Below, piece after piece: positions 1-12,860 of a DNA stretch of 33,313 nt. The stretch is from positions 1 to 33,313 of the forward strand of contig CAYGEK010000005.1 in assembly GCA_964348885.1 (NCBI GenBank), written 5' to 3'. The notes under the pieces were generated by a model. That model was not told the DNA's origin, did not search any database, and worked only from the letters and a program-made list of their open reading frames with translations. The stretch comes from an uncultured Candidatus Saccharibacteria bacterium (GTDB taxonomy: Bacteria > Patescibacteriota > Minisyncoccia > UBA6257 > WO2-44-18). The stretch's first letter is position 1. Every line of letters starts with the position of its first letter. The position numbers and the translations under genes were made by a program.

Positions 1-320
1 GTGAGCTGGGTTCAAACCGTCGTGAGACAGGTTGGTCTCTATCTGTTACGGGCGTTAGTGATTGAGGGCAGTCGTCCCTAGTACGAGAGGACCGGGATGA
101 ACATACCTCTGGTCTACCAGCTTTACTACCAAGTGAAACGCTGGGTAGCTATGTATGGAATGGATAAGCGCTGAAAGCATCTAAGCACGAAGCCAAGCCC
201 AAGATTAGTCACTGTCCGCAAGGACGCGGTTCGTGGAAGACTACCACGTTGATAGGCTCTAAGTGTAAGGCCCGTAAGGGTTTCAGCTGAGGAGTACTAA
301 TAAACCGTACTGCGCCCTCA
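1..320 (+). rRNA. rrl: 23S rRNA, 3'-terminal part (partial, runs off the left edge; 3' end approximate)
   Basis: Sarcin-ricin loop sequence AGTACGAGAGGACCGG at 80-95. Conserved domain VI tail ...GTACTAATAAACCGT near 293-310. Confidence 0.9.
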
Positions 321-443
321 ATATTGAGCGCAGTTGTTTTGGTGCTGTGTTATCGCATGACACAGTACTGGTATGGTATTTACCTTAAATACTGATTAAC
401 ATTTACAATTTCAGATTCTGAAGCCCGTTGTCTTCAGTGATCT

Positions 444-558
444 CTCGGTGATTTAGTTACGGTTGCAACACCTCTTCCCATTCCGAACAGAGAAGTGAAA
501 AATCGTAACTCCAATGATACTTGCCATTTCGGTGGTCGGGAAAGTAGGATTCGCCGGG
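444..558 (+). rRNA. rrf: 5S rRNA
   Basis: Conserved CCCATTCCGAACAGAGAAGTGAAA core. Helix I forms between CTCGGTG (444-450) and CGCCGGG (552-558). A perfect 12-bp processing stem flanks it: GTCTTCAGTGAT 430-441 / ATCACTGAAGAC 561-572. Confidence 0.9.
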
Positions 559-575
559 ATATCACTGAAGACAAG

Positions 576-840
576 CCTCTCAGTTTCACATAAGCTCCCG
601 GACGCGATGCGAGCTATTTTCTCCGCAGAACTAGGCTTGAGGGCGAAGGTATAGAAATCTCTACCGAGCCGAAGACGACGTTATGCGAGAAAATAGCCGC
701 ATCCCATCGGGTTGTCGCTAAAATATTCGCTCGCTTTGTCGCGGCCAACTCGGAGTAGAGTCTACACCGGAGTCGTCCGCTCCTCGCGAATCAAATATTT
801 TAGCTGACAACGCGCCTGAGATTTATGTGAAACTGAGAGG
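576..840 (+). repeat. Nested inverted-repeat element in the rRNA operon trailer (candidate structured RNA or MITE-like insert)
   Basis: Perfect 18-bp inverted repeat at 576-593 / 823-840. It encloses two long imperfect hairpins (about 606-627 with 684-703, and 711-734 with 786-811). Confidence 0.6.
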
Positions 841-1326
841 CAAAAAAAGCCCGCACTTTGTGCGGGCTTTTGGGTTCATTACGTACTTTTTATTAAAATG
901 TTGGTTGTAGCTTTTCTCAAATCCTTGTAGCGCTTCTTCGGCAATCAGTAGTCCGTCAGCCGCCAATTCCAGTTGGTCTTCCTCAATCAGTTCGATTGTC
1001 GTCACCAGCGTGGAAAATATTTCGTCGACGCCTTGCTGAATAGCTTCTAGCAACTCCAGGTCTTCGCCTCGGTTATTCCGCTTGTCCAGCAGAGCCAACG
1101 AGTGCTCGATGGTAACCGCTTTAGATAGAGCGTTCGCCCGCTCGGCCAGGACTACTGCTCGATTGCCCAGCATCCGCGTTTCGGAGGCGCGCTGACGCTT
1201 CTCGGATAGATCAATCATTACCTTGATTAGAAAAATCGTCGAGGCAATCAGAATCAGAACAGCTACGGCTAGGAGCACTTTACTGACCTTGCCGATGCCA
1301 TTCGCGTTTACCTGATCCATACGCAC
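823..1326 (-). CDS. Hypothetical membrane-anchored protein (N-terminal TM helix, helical remainder)
   Basis: 167-aa ORF with a hydrophobic segment VLLAVAVLILIASTIFLI. It is divergent from the ORF at 1366. Its 3' end reads through the terminator hairpin, so the exact C-terminus is uncertain. Confidence 0.5.
   Translation of the reverse strand: MRMDQVNANGIGKVSKVLLAVAVLILIASTIFLIKVMIDLSEKRQRASETRMLGNRAVVLAERANALSKAVTIEHSLALLDKRNNRGEDLELLEAIQQGVDEIFSTLVTTIELIEEDQLELAADGLLIAEEALQGFEKSYNQHFNKKYVMNPKARTKCGLFLPLSFT
842..873. terminator. Bidirectional intrinsic terminator (rRNA operon on +, ORF 823..1326 on -)
   Basis: A-run, then GCCCGCA (849-855), a 5-nt loop, TGCGGGC (861-867), then TTTT. Confidence 0.8.
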
Positions 1327-1330
1327 CTTC

Positions 1331-1359
1331 TTTAGAAAAGAACCTGGGTAGCTTATAAT
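1331..1359 (+). promoter_or_regulatory. Candidate promoter: TTTAGA, 17-nt spacer, TATAAT, then 6 nt to the ATG at 1366
   Basis: Hexamers read directly from the sequence. There is no SD between the -10 and the ATG. Confidence 0.4.
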
Positions 1360-1365
1360 AAAGGG

Positions 1366-2124
1366 ATGCGCTTCGTCAAACAGCTTATCTACGGAGTTTT
1401 TTATCTGGCTATTTTCGGCGGGCTCGGCTTCGGACTATACAAGCTGAATCTTTTTGCCGCGCCGACCTGTATGGACGGGCGACTGAATCAGCAGGAGGAG
1501 GAAGTGGATTGCGGAGGTCCGAATTGCCAATCCTGTGAGCTGGCCCATCTTCAGCCTATCTCGGCCAGCGTTCAGTACTTCTCAATCGCCAATAATACCA
1601 ACGCGATACTTATTTTTTCCAATCCGAATTTGAATTACGGCGCGACCTTTTCTTATACGGCTGATTTTTACGACGTGAACCGTCAGAAGCTTTATTCAAT
1701 GACCAAGGAATCCTACATCTATTCCGCCGAAGCCCAGCGGGTGATCGTTGAGCCGAATCTTCCGTTTAATTCTGGGGCGATTTTCGGCGCTCCGGAAGTA
1801 ACCTTGTCCAATATTTCCTGGAAAGCGAAAGGGGAGTTTCAGTCTCCGGTTATCCAGCTCCGTCAGTTGAGCACTACCGTATCCGGATCGGTGGCGACAG
1901 TGAGCGGCTTGGTAGCCAATCGGGAATCCTCTTCGGTGGCCGAGGTAGCCGTCGGCGTCATGCTCGCGAAAAAGAGCGACAAATCTCCGGTCGGTTCTTC
2001 CAAGACGATTCTGCAGGCACTCCGGCCTTTTGAGGAACGCGCATTCAAAGTGCTGATTCCGCTGACCGCGACTCTGAAGATCGCCGATATCGATACGCAG
2101 ATTTTTACCGCCGCGAAAAGATAA
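1366..2124 (+). CDS. Hypothetical membrane-anchored protein with a Cys-rich motif (CMDG..VDCGGPNCQSC) after the TM helix
   Basis: 252-aa ORF. N-terminal TM helix followed by a Cys cluster. No family recognised. Confidence 0.6.
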   Translation: MRFVKQLIYGVFYLAIFGGLGFGLYKLNLFAAPTCMDGRLNQQEEEVDCGGPNCQSCELAHLQPISASVQYFSIANNTNAILIFSNPNLNYGATFSYTADFYDVNRQKLYSMTKESYIYSAEAQRVIVEPNLPFNSGAIFGAPEVTLSNISWKAKGEFQSPVIQLRQLSTTVSGSVATVSGLVANRESSSVAEVAVGVMLAKKSDKSPVGSSKTILQALRPFEERAFKVLIPLTATLKIADIDTQIFTAAKR

Positions 2125-2129
2125 TTCGT

Positions 2130-2236
2130 CCCGTTAGAAACGGCTGCCCGGATCGGCCGTCTCTCTTCTGCCGGATAACACTATAAACTTATGAATATTA
2201 ATCTTACGTCGCAAAATCGGTTCCACTTCTAACGGG
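2130..2236 (+). repeat. Inverted-repeat-bracketed intergenic module, copy 1 (CCCGTTAGAA ... TTCTAACGGG, ending exactly at the ATG)
   Basis: Left arm 2130-2139 and right arm 2227-2236. Internal GC hairpin ACGGC..GCCGT. The right end CTTCTAACGGGATGAAG is identical over 17 nt to 15271-15287. Confidence 0.7.
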
Positions 2237-3319
2237 ATGAAGCAGGATTGGTTTTTGAACGGAGCGGTGGCGTTTATCGCGTTGTGTAGCTTATTAATCC
2301 TGTCTAGCCTGGATACCGAGCTTTTTACTCAGCAAGCCGTATCTTTCGCGCTCGCTGTCGGTATAATCTGGTTTTTCAGCTCGGTGGATTGGCGGCCTTT
2401 GGCCAACTACAAATCAATCGTTTTCGCGTTCTACCTTTTCGCGATTTTATTACTGATTCTGACCGCATTCATTGCCCCGTCCATCCGCGGCACGCGGAGC
2501 TGGATCGTGCTTGGACCGGTGCAGTTTCAGACTTCGGAGCTCGCGAAGGTGGCGCTGATTTTGCTTCTCGCTTATTTCTTCGCTAAGCGGCACATAGGCA
2601 TCGCGCGGCTCGGCGTACTATTTAAATCCATGGTTTATTTTGGTGTTCCGGCCTTTTTGGTTCTTCGCCAGCCGGACCTTGGCTCAACAATCAGCATCTT
2701 TCTCGTCTGGTTCGGCTTTCTCCTCGTGAGCGGCATAAAGTGGAAGCACCTCCTGATCGGCTTTCTGATTCTCGCGTTGCTGTTCGGTCTGGCCTGGGCT
2801 TCGTTTCTGAAACCGTATCAAAAGGAGCGCATTCTCGCTTTTGTGAATCCTAATTATGACCCGCTCGGATTCAACTACAACGTGATTCAGTCCAAGATTG
2901 CCATCGGCTCGGCCGGATTTTTCGGTAAGGGTTATCAGCAGGGGACGCAGGTGCAGTTAGGATTTCTGCCGGCGGCGGCGACCGACTTCGCCTTCTCCGC
3001 TTTCACCGAAGAGTGGGGTTTGCTTGGGGCGATCATGGTGATAGGAGCGTTCTTCCTGATGCTGATTCGGATTATTCATATAGGGGCGATTGCGCATGAT
3101 AATTTTTCCAAACTCATCTGTCTAGGTACCGCTATGATGTTTCTAGGGCATTTTGTAATAAATATGGGGTCGGCGCTCGGACTTTTACCCGTCATCGGCA
3201 TCACTTTCCCATTCTTAAGTTACGGCGGTTCCAGCGTGTTGACCGGCGCCATTCTCATCGGCATAATCCAAAGCACCGCTATCCGGTCGTCCTTCGTGGC
3301 GACCCGCGAAGTTTTTTAA
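2237..3319 (+). CDS. SEDS-family peptidoglycan glycosyltransferase (FtsW/RodA)
   Basis: 360-aa polytopic membrane protein with family-typical motifs (QFQTSELAK, ATDFAFS, PFLSYGGSS). Confidence 0.9.
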   Translation: MKQDWFLNGAVAFIALCSLLILSSLDTELFTQQAVSFALAVGIIWFFSSVDWRPLANYKSIVFAFYLFAILLLILTAFIAPSIRGTRSWIVLGPVQFQTSELAKVALILLLAYFFAKRHIGIARLGVLFKSMVYFGVPAFLVLRQPDLGSTISIFLVWFGFLLVSGIKWKHLLIGFLILALLFGLAWASFLKPYQKERILAFVNPNYDPLGFNYNVIQSKIAIGSAGFFGKGYQQGTQVQLGFLPAAATDFAFSAFTEEWGLLGAIMVIGAFFLMLIRIIHIGAIAHDNFSKLICLGTAMMFLGHFVINMGSALGLLPVIGITFPFLSYGGSSVLTGAILIGIIQSTAIRSSFVATREVF

Positions 3320-3320
3320 A

Positions 3321-4226
3321 ATGTATAAAGATCTTCCCGAAAAAATATTTGATTTTCTGTCGGCGAGAAAGCGCGCCGTGATGATTGCCGGAGCAGTCAT
3401 TCTTTTGATTACGCCTTTCCCCGCTTACTTTTTGTCGGCCGTTGACGCGAGTGGTAAAGCTTTCGCGTTTGATGTGGCGAAAGGCAGCGGAGTAAAAGAT
3501 ATTGCCACCGGTCTTTACGCGGCGAATCTTATAAAATCGCCGGGAGTTTTTATCGCGTACAGCGCTTTGACTGGTTCGGCGGATGAGTTAAAACCAGGTC
3601 GGTACGTGCTCAGCTCGGCGATGAGTTTGCCGAAATTGAATTCGGAACTGGTCCGCGGTCCGAAAGAGGACGTGGCAATTACGGTGATAGAAGGGGAGAC
3701 GATGGCGGAAGTGGAAGCTTCATTGGTCAGCGCCGGCGTGATTAAGAAGGGAGAGCTAACCAAGCGGCGCGGCCGCTCTCTGGAAGGATTTTTCTTTCCC
3801 GATACTTACCGGTTTTTTCCAAGCTCCACTCCCGAGGACGTGATCGCCCGGTTTATGGGAAATTTTTATGATAAAGCGATGCCTATCTTGAAGGACGCGC
3901 CGAACGCTTATAGCGCGTTAATTATTGCCTCCATTATTGAAAAAGAAGTACCTTTTACCGAAGAGCGTCCGATTGTGGCCGGCATCTTGTACCGTCGTCT
4001 CGCGATCGGCATGGCGCTTCAGGTGGATGCGGCTCCGATTACTTATGAACAGCCGGGACTACCGAAAACTCCGATTTCCAATCCGGGCGCCGATGCGATG
4101 GCTGCCGCCGTCCATCCTAAAAAATCTGAATATCTATATTATCTTTCCGATCCGAAGACCCGCAAAACAATTTTCTCAAAAACTTTTGAGGAGCACGTTG
4201 CGAATAAGTTTAAATACTTGCGGTAG
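3321..4226 (+). CDS. mltG: Endolytic murein transglycosylase MltG (YceG-like)
   Basis: N-terminal TM helix. Motif ASIIEKE...GMALQVDA is typical of the YceG family. Tightly coupled to the SEDS gene. Confidence 0.85.
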   Translation: MYKDLPEKIFDFLSARKRAVMIAGAVILLITPFPAYFLSAVDASGKAFAFDVAKGSGVKDIATGLYAANLIKSPGVFIAYSALTGSADELKPGRYVLSSAMSLPKLNSELVRGPKEDVAITVIEGETMAEVEASLVSAGVIKKGELTKRRGRSLEGFFFPDTYRFFPSSTPEDVIARFMGNFYDKAMPILKDAPNAYSALIIASIIEKEVPFTEERPIVAGILYRRLAIGMALQVDAAPITYEQPGLPKTPISNPGADAMAAAVHPKKSEYLYYLSDPKTRKTIFSKTFEEHVANKFKYLR

Positions 4227-4273
4227 GGTTTTCTCTTTGCTAATCTGACTGAAGTTTATTAAGGAGAGGCGCA

Positions 4274-4540
4274 TTGGAAAATCCCGCGGGTTGGAATGAA
4301 ACCAAAAAGTTGATCGCTCGCGCGCGAGGGGAAGGCGATAATTTCAAATACGCAGTTTTCGCTGAACTTGCCAGTGCCGGAAAATTGAAATCTGACGCGA
4401 AAAGCGAATTGGTCATGGAAGCGATCGCGGAGGCGCAGCGTGACGCCGAAGAGGCGGTCCGAGTGCGCCTCTCTGGAATTTCTTTGGTCAGTCGCATTTA
4501 CAACAAACTTCAAGACAAGGGTTTTCTCACCGGCGAATAG
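4274..4540 (+). CDS. Hypothetical small protein (88 aa, TTG start)
   Basis: SD AAGGAGAGG at 4261-4269 precedes the TTG. An intrinsic terminator follows directly. No family recognised. Confidence 0.5.
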   Translation: MENPAGWNETKKLIARARGEGDNFKYAVFAELASAGKLKSDAKSELVMEAIAEAQRDAEEAVRVRLSGISLVSRIYNKLQDKGFLTGE

Positions 4541-4551
4541 CCGGTTTTTTA
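4529..4551 (+). terminator. Intrinsic terminator
   Basis: ACCGGC / GCCGGT stem with the stop codon in the loop, followed by TTTTTT. Confidence 0.8.
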
Positions 4552-4647
4552 TTGGTTTCAGCGAGTTGAGTCAAGGGGAATTATCCCCAGAAATAAGCTT
4601 AAAATCGTGGATTTTTAGTAAAAATAGTATTTTTAAGCTAAAAATGC

Positions 4648-4746
4648 TTGACCCCCACACCAAACGAGAAGTGCCGCCTTTCTGGGATTGACATGCTCCT
4701 CGTTATGGTGTGGGGGTTGACAAGGCGAGTAAAAGTAATATATACT
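4648..4746 (+). promoter_or_regulatory. Palindrome-plus-promoter module, copy 1 (upstream of rpoB)
   Basis: Arms TTGACCCCCACACCAAACGAG (4648-4668) and CTCGTTATGGTGTGGGGGTTGACA (4699-4722). TTGACA at 4717-4722, an 18-nt spacer, then TATACT at 4741-4746. The arms are identical to those of the copies at 15620 and 16097. Confidence 0.6.
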
Positions 4747-4759
4747 CTAGATAACTTAA

Positions 4760-4812
4760 AACCTTATCAATTCCGTTTTTAAAACGGACTTTAGGTTTTT
4801 GTCGCTTTTCGC
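4760..4812 (+). promoter_or_regulatory. Terminator-like hairpin early in the rpoB leader (candidate attenuator)
   Basis: AACCT..TCCGTTTTTAAAACGGA..AGGTT hairpin followed by TTTTTGTCGCTTTT. It lies about 10-60 nt after the predicted transcription start. Confidence 0.4.
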
Positions 4813-4988
4813 GTTATCGATCCGCGAATCGCATTCTTTTTCCGGAATGACTGCTCAATTGGCAGCGAGGAATGAGTGAATAGCAATTCATTTATTCCGA
4901 GCGAACCAATTGGAGAAACGCAGTTTCGATTAATGGTGGTGGAGGAAAAAGAAAAAAATATTATAAAAAATCAAATCATTTCGGCCGA

Positions 4989-7900
4989 ATGATTAATAAA
5001 TTACCCACCAAAGTTTTCTCCACTCATCCTGGAGCGTTATTTGAGCAGCCAAACCTAGTCGAAATCCAAACCCAGTCCTACAACTGGTTCCTCAAAGGAG
5101 GTCTCTCGGAATTATTCGAAGAGACATTCCCGATGAAGGACTACGCGGGCAAGGACATTGAACTCAAGTTCGTAGATTCTTTCTTTGACGAACCGAAGTA
5201 CGATGAAGCCTACGCGAAATATAAAGACCTGACTTTTGAAGCTCCGCTTCGCGTCAAACTGAAACTTATCAATAATAAAACCAAAGACACCAAAGAACAG
5301 GAGGTGTACTTCGGTGATTTTCCGGTGATGACTCCGCGCGGTACCTTCATCATCAACGGCGTTGAGCGTGTGGTGGTTCCGCAGTTGATTCGTTCTTCCG
5401 GCGCGTACTTCACCGCCAACTTGTATCGCGGCCGCAAATTCTTCGGCGCGAAAGTAATTCCGAATCGCGGCGCGTGGCTGGAGTTGGAAACTGATCCGGA
5501 CGGAGTGATCAGCGTTAAAATTGATCGCAAGCGCAAAGCTCCGATCTCCAACTTGCTCCGCATTTTTGGCATGACCGAGAATGACGACATCATGAAAACG
5601 TTCGCCGATGTGGACAACGGCGATACGAAATACATGGCCGCGACTTTGAAGAAAGATTCCGCGAAGAACAAGGACGAATCTTATATTGAAATCTACAAGC
5701 GCATCCGCCCGGGCGATCTCGCCACGGTGGAAAACGCTTCCAGCTTGATTGACGCTATGTTCCAGCGCTTGGATCGTTATGATCTTTCCGCGGTAGGCCG
5801 TTACCAGTTCAATCAGCGCCTCGGCGCCGCCGGCATCAAGAGCGAATCCCGTCTCTTGGAGCTTGCCGACCTGGTCGCCATCGTTAAAGAGGTGATTCGG
5901 ATGAACAACAGCCAGAATATGGAGCCGGATGATATCGATCACCTCGGTAACCGCCGCGTTCGCGCGGTCGGTGAATTATTGCAGAACAAATTCCGCCTCG
6001 GCCTTGCCCGTATGCGCCGCATTGTGCAGGACCGAATGTCTACCTTGGAGCCGAACACGCTTACCCCGGTGCAGTTGATCAACGCCCGTCCGTTGATGTC
6101 CGCCGTGAAAGAGTTCTTCTCCTCTTCCCAGCTCTCTCAATTCATGGACCAGGTCAATCCGTTGGCCGAATTGGAGCACAAGCGCCGTTTGTCCGCGATG
6201 GGTCCCGGCGGTCTTACGCGTGAGCGCGCCGGCTTTGAAGTTCGTGACGTGCACCACTCCCACTACGGCCGCATCTGCCCGATCGAAACTCCGGAAGGCG
6301 CCAACATCGGTTTGGTTAACCATTTGGCGAGCTACGCCCGTATTAACGACCTCGGTTTTATTGAAACTCCTTATGCAGTAGTGAAGAACGGAAAAGTAAC
6401 CAAAGAAGTCCTCTGGTTAAACGCTTTAGAGGAAGAGCGCAAAAATATCGCCCACGCCGGTGTGCCTTTTGATGAGAAGGGTAACTTGATTGGCGAGGTT
6501 ATTGAAGCCCGTATTAATGGAGAGCCTGGTACTTGCCTCAAGTCCGAGGTTCATTTAATTGATATCGCTCCGAACCAGACCGTGTCCGTGGCGACTTCCC
6601 TGATTCCTTTCTTGGAGCACGACGACGCCAACCGCGCTTTGATGGGTTCCAACATGCAACGGCAGGCTGTCGTTTCCGTAAAATCCAGCGCTCCGTTCGT
6701 GAGCACCGGTATGGAAGATAAAGCGGCCTATGATTCCGGGCACCTTATTTTGGCTACAAAGGATGGCGTTATAGATGAAGTAGACGCCAAGCATATCACT
6801 TTGAAGACCAAAGACGGGGATAAGATTGAATATCCTTTGAACAAGTTCAAGCGTTCCAACCAGTTCACCTGCATCTCCCAGCGTCCGTTGATCGCCAAGG
6901 GCGACAAAGTGAAGAAGGGTCAGGTGTTGGCGGACGGTCCGTCCACCGACAACGGCGTATTGGCGCTCGGCCAGAACCTCGTTGTAGCTTTCCTTTCCTT
7001 TGAAGGTTCCAACTTTGAGGACGCGATCGTGCTTTCCGAACGGGTAGTGGAGAACGACAACTTCACTTCTATTCATATTGAAGATTATTACTGCGATGTC
7101 CGCGACACCAAACTCGGACCGGAAATCACCACTCCGGATATTCCGAACGTGTCCGAAGAGAAACTGAAGAACTTGGACGAAGAGGGTATCGTCCGCATCG
7201 GCGCGGAAGTTAAATCCGGCGACATTTTGGTTGGTAAAATTTCTCCGAAAGGCGAGAGTGAGCTGACCTCGGAAGAGCGCTTGCTTCGCGCTATCTTCGG
7301 CGAAAAAGCCCGTGACGTTAAGGACACTTCCATCACCGTGCCTCACGGTAAGAATGGCCGCGTTATCGGTATCAAGATCTTCTCCCGCGAGCGCGGTGAC
7401 AAGCTGGAGCCCGGTATCATCAAGCGCATCCAGGTGGAAATCGCTCAGCTTCGTAAAGTACGCGCTGGCGACAAGCTCGCCGGACGCCACGGCAACAAGG
7501 GTGTAATTTCCCAGGTTCGCCCGGTAGAGGATATGCCTTATTTAGAAGACGGTACTCCGGTGGACGTAGTTTTGAATCCGCTCGGTGTGGCTTCCCGTAT
7601 GAACCTCGGACAAATTCTTGAAGTCCATTTGGGTTGGGCCGCGAAGAAGCTCGGCTATCGCGCCATTACTCCGGTACTCGCCGGAGCCACGGAAGAGCAG
7701 ATTAAGGAAGAGCTGAAGGCGGCGGGATTGCCGACCACGGGCAAGGTGCCGTTGTATGACGGCCGCACCGGTAAACAGTTCGCGCAACCGGTTATGGTTG
7801 GCGTAATGTATATGTTGAAACTCAACCACTTGGTAGAGGACAAGATTCATATGCGTTCTATCGGTCCTTATTCTTTGATTACCCAGCAGCCGCTCGGCGG

Positions 7901-8189
7901 TAAGGCGCAGTTCGGCGGTCAGCGTTTCGGCGAGATGGAAGTCTGGGCTTTGGAAGGCTACGGCGCCGCGCACACTTTGCAGGAAATGTTGACGGTCAAA
8001 TCGGACGACGTCGTGGGACGCTCCGCGGTTTACGAGGCGATCATCCGGGGAGGCGAAATCAAAGCGCCCAACATCCCGGCCTCTTTCAACGTGTTGGTGA
8101 GTGAGTTGAAAGCTCTCGGCCTGAATGTGGAGCTGGTTGGAGCCGACTTAGACAAAAAGGGCGGAAGGAAGATGGAAGACAGCCACTAA
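4989..8189 (+). CDS. rpoB: DNA-directed RNA polymerase subunit beta
   Basis: 1066 aa. Unmistakable RpoB motifs ([16 protein letters not shown]-like, [10 protein letters not shown]). Confidence 0.98.
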   Translation: MINKLPTKVFSTHPGALFEQPNLVEIQTQSYNWFLKGGLSELFEETFPMKDYAGKDIELKFVDSFFDEPKYDEAYAKYKDLTFEAPLRVKLKLINNKTKDTKEQEVYFGDFPVMTPRGTFIINGVERVVVPQLIRSSGAYFTANLYRGRKFFGAKVIPNRGAWLELETDPDGVISVKIDRKRKAPISNLLRIFGMTENDDIMKTFADVDNGDTKYMAATLKKDSAKNKDESYIEIYKRIRPGDLATVENASSLIDAMFQRLDRYDLSAVGRYQFNQRLGAAGIKSESRLLELADLVAIVKEVIRMNNSQNMEPDDIDHLGNRRVRAVGELLQNKFRLGLARMRRIVQDRMSTLEPNTLTPVQLINARPLMSAVKEFFSSSQLSQFMDQVNPLAELEHKRRLSAMGPGGLTRERAGFEVRDVHHSHYGRICPIETPEGANIGLVNHLASYARINDLGFIETPYAVVKNGKVTKEVLWLNALEEERKNIAHAGVPFDEKGNLIGEVIEARINGEPGTCLKSEVHLIDIAPNQTVSVATSLIPFLEHDDANRALMGSNMQRQAVVSVKSSAPFVSTGMEDKAAYDSGHLILATKDGVIDEVDAKHITLKTKDGDKIEYPLNKFKRSNQFTCISQRPLIAKGDKVKKGQVLADGPSTDNGVLALGQNLVVAFLSFEGSNFEDAIVLSERVVENDNFTSIHIEDYYCDVRDTKLGPEITTPDIPNVSEEKLKNLDEEGIVRIGAEVKSGDILVGKISPKGESELTSEERLLRAIFGEKARDVKDTSITVPHGKNGRVIGIKIFSRERGDKLEPGIIKRIQVEIAQLRKVRAGDKLAGRHGNKGVISQVRPVEDMPYLEDGTPVDVVLNPLGVASRMNLGQILEVHLGWAAKKLGYRAITPVLAGATEEQIKEELKAAGLPTTGKVPLYDGRTGKQFAQPVMVGVMYMLKLNHLVEDKIHMRSIGPYSLITQQPLGGKAQFGGQRFGEMEVWALEGYGAAHTLQEMLTVKSDDVVGRSAVYEAIIRGGEIKAPNIPASFNVLVSELKALGLNVELVGADLDKKGGRKMEDSH

Positions 8190-8198
8190 AATAAACCT

Positions 8199-11759
<3,561 letters not shown>

Positions 11760-11782
11760 TGCTAAAGTAGGCGAAACTAAAA

Positions 11783-12190
11783 ATGAACGACGAAACAAAA
11801 AAAGAATATGAGATTTCCTTCCTTCTGGCGACTCCGGAAGGGGAGAAAGAGCTGAATGGAATACTCGCTAAGCTCGGCGCGGAAGTTTTCTTCCAGAAGC
11901 CGGCAAGCTCTATCCAGTTGGCTTATAAGATTCAGCGCCACTCCTCGGCTATGTTCGGCTACTATCACTTCCGGGCCACGCCTGCGGTGCTCAAGGAAAT
12001 GAAAGACGCTTTGAATCTGGCTACGGGCGTGCTGCGCTTTCTGATACTGACGCCTCCGGTAAAAATGCCGGTCGCGACAACCGAGCAGGTAGAAAGGGGA
12101 GCGACACGCGTCGAGAAGAAGCCGGTTGCCGAATCCAGAATGCTCAGCAACGAAGCATTGTCGGAAAAGTTGGAAGAAATTTTGAAGTAA
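11783..12190 (+). CDS. rpsF: 30S ribosomal protein S6 (with C-terminal extension)
   Basis: N-terminal YEISFLL... S6 pattern. Sits in the conserved rpsF-ssb-rpsR order. Confidence 0.85.
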   Translation: MNDETKKEYEISFLLATPEGEKELNGILAKLGAEVFFQKPASSIQLAYKIQRHSSAMFGYYHFRATPAVLKEMKDALNLATGVLRFLILTPPVKMPVATTEQVERGATRVEKKPVAESRMLSNEALSEKLEEILK

Positions 12191-12205
12191 GAGTATATTG
12201 AGAAT

Positions 12206-12643
12206 ATGAACCTGAACAAAGTCTTCATCTTAGGCAGATTGACCGCCGATCCGGTTCTCCGCGCTACTCCTTCCGGCCAGCAGGTCGCCAGCTTCTCGCT
12301 CGCGACGAACCGGGTATGGAACGATAAAGCCGGTCAGAAGCAGGAAGCGGTTGAGTTTCACAACATCGTGGTCTGGGGACGCCAGGCGGAGGTTGCCAGC
12401 AAGTTTCTTACCAAAGGCGGCCTCGCCCTCATTGAGGGGCGCATGCAAACCCGCGGCTGGCAGGATAAGCAGGGCCAGAATCGTAAGACTACTGAGATTA
12501 TCGCAGAGCGCATCCAGCTTGGACCGCGCGCCGGTGGTGGGGCTCCGAAGGGCGACTATAATGCTCCCGCCGCCCATAATGAAGCTCCCGTGCCGACGAT
12601 AGAGATAGAGGAAGACATGAAGTCAGAGGATGTTCCATTCTAA
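12206..12643 (+). CDS. ssb: Single-stranded DNA-binding protein
   Basis: OB-fold N-terminus MNLNKVFILGRLTADP. Gly/Pro-rich linker. Acidic tip ending in DVPF. Confidence 0.95.
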   Translation: MNLNKVFILGRLTADPVLRATPSGQQVASFSLATNRVWNDKAGQKQEAVEFHNIVVWGRQAEVASKFLTKGGLALIEGRMQTRGWQDKQGQNRKTTEIIAERIQLGPRAGGGAPKGDYNAPAAHNEAPVPTIEIEEDMKSEDVPF

Positions 12644-12857
12644 AATTATGATTAAACCTACACAGTGCATATTTTGCTCCCAGAATATAGAAGTCATTGA
12701 TTACAAGGACGCGGCTTTTTTGCGCCGTTTTGTTTCCAGCTCCGCCAAGATTACCGACCCACGTTATACGGGAAGTTGCGCCCGTCATCAGCGGAGACTC
12801 GCGGAAGCCGTTAAGCGCTCACGCTATATGGGATTGCTGGCCTTCGTCCGTCGTTAA
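12630..12857 (+). CDS. rpsR: 30S ribosomal protein S18 (the true start may be the ATG at 12648)
   Basis: S18 pattern IDYKD..LRRFVS...KI..RYTG.C..HQR.L..A.KR.R. Confidence 0.9.
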   Translation: MFHSKIMIKPTQCIFCSQNIEVIDYKDAAFLRRFVSSSAKITDPRYTGSCARHQRRLAEAVKRSRYMGLLAFVRR

Positions 12858-12860
12858 TCT

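Noticed and set aside
4240-4513. Minus-strand ORFs 4240..4497 and 4259..4513 overlapping the 88-aa plus-strand ORF.
   Set aside because: The plus frame has a strong SD and is followed by a plus-strand terminator. The minus frames lack start signals and would run into the mltG 3' end.
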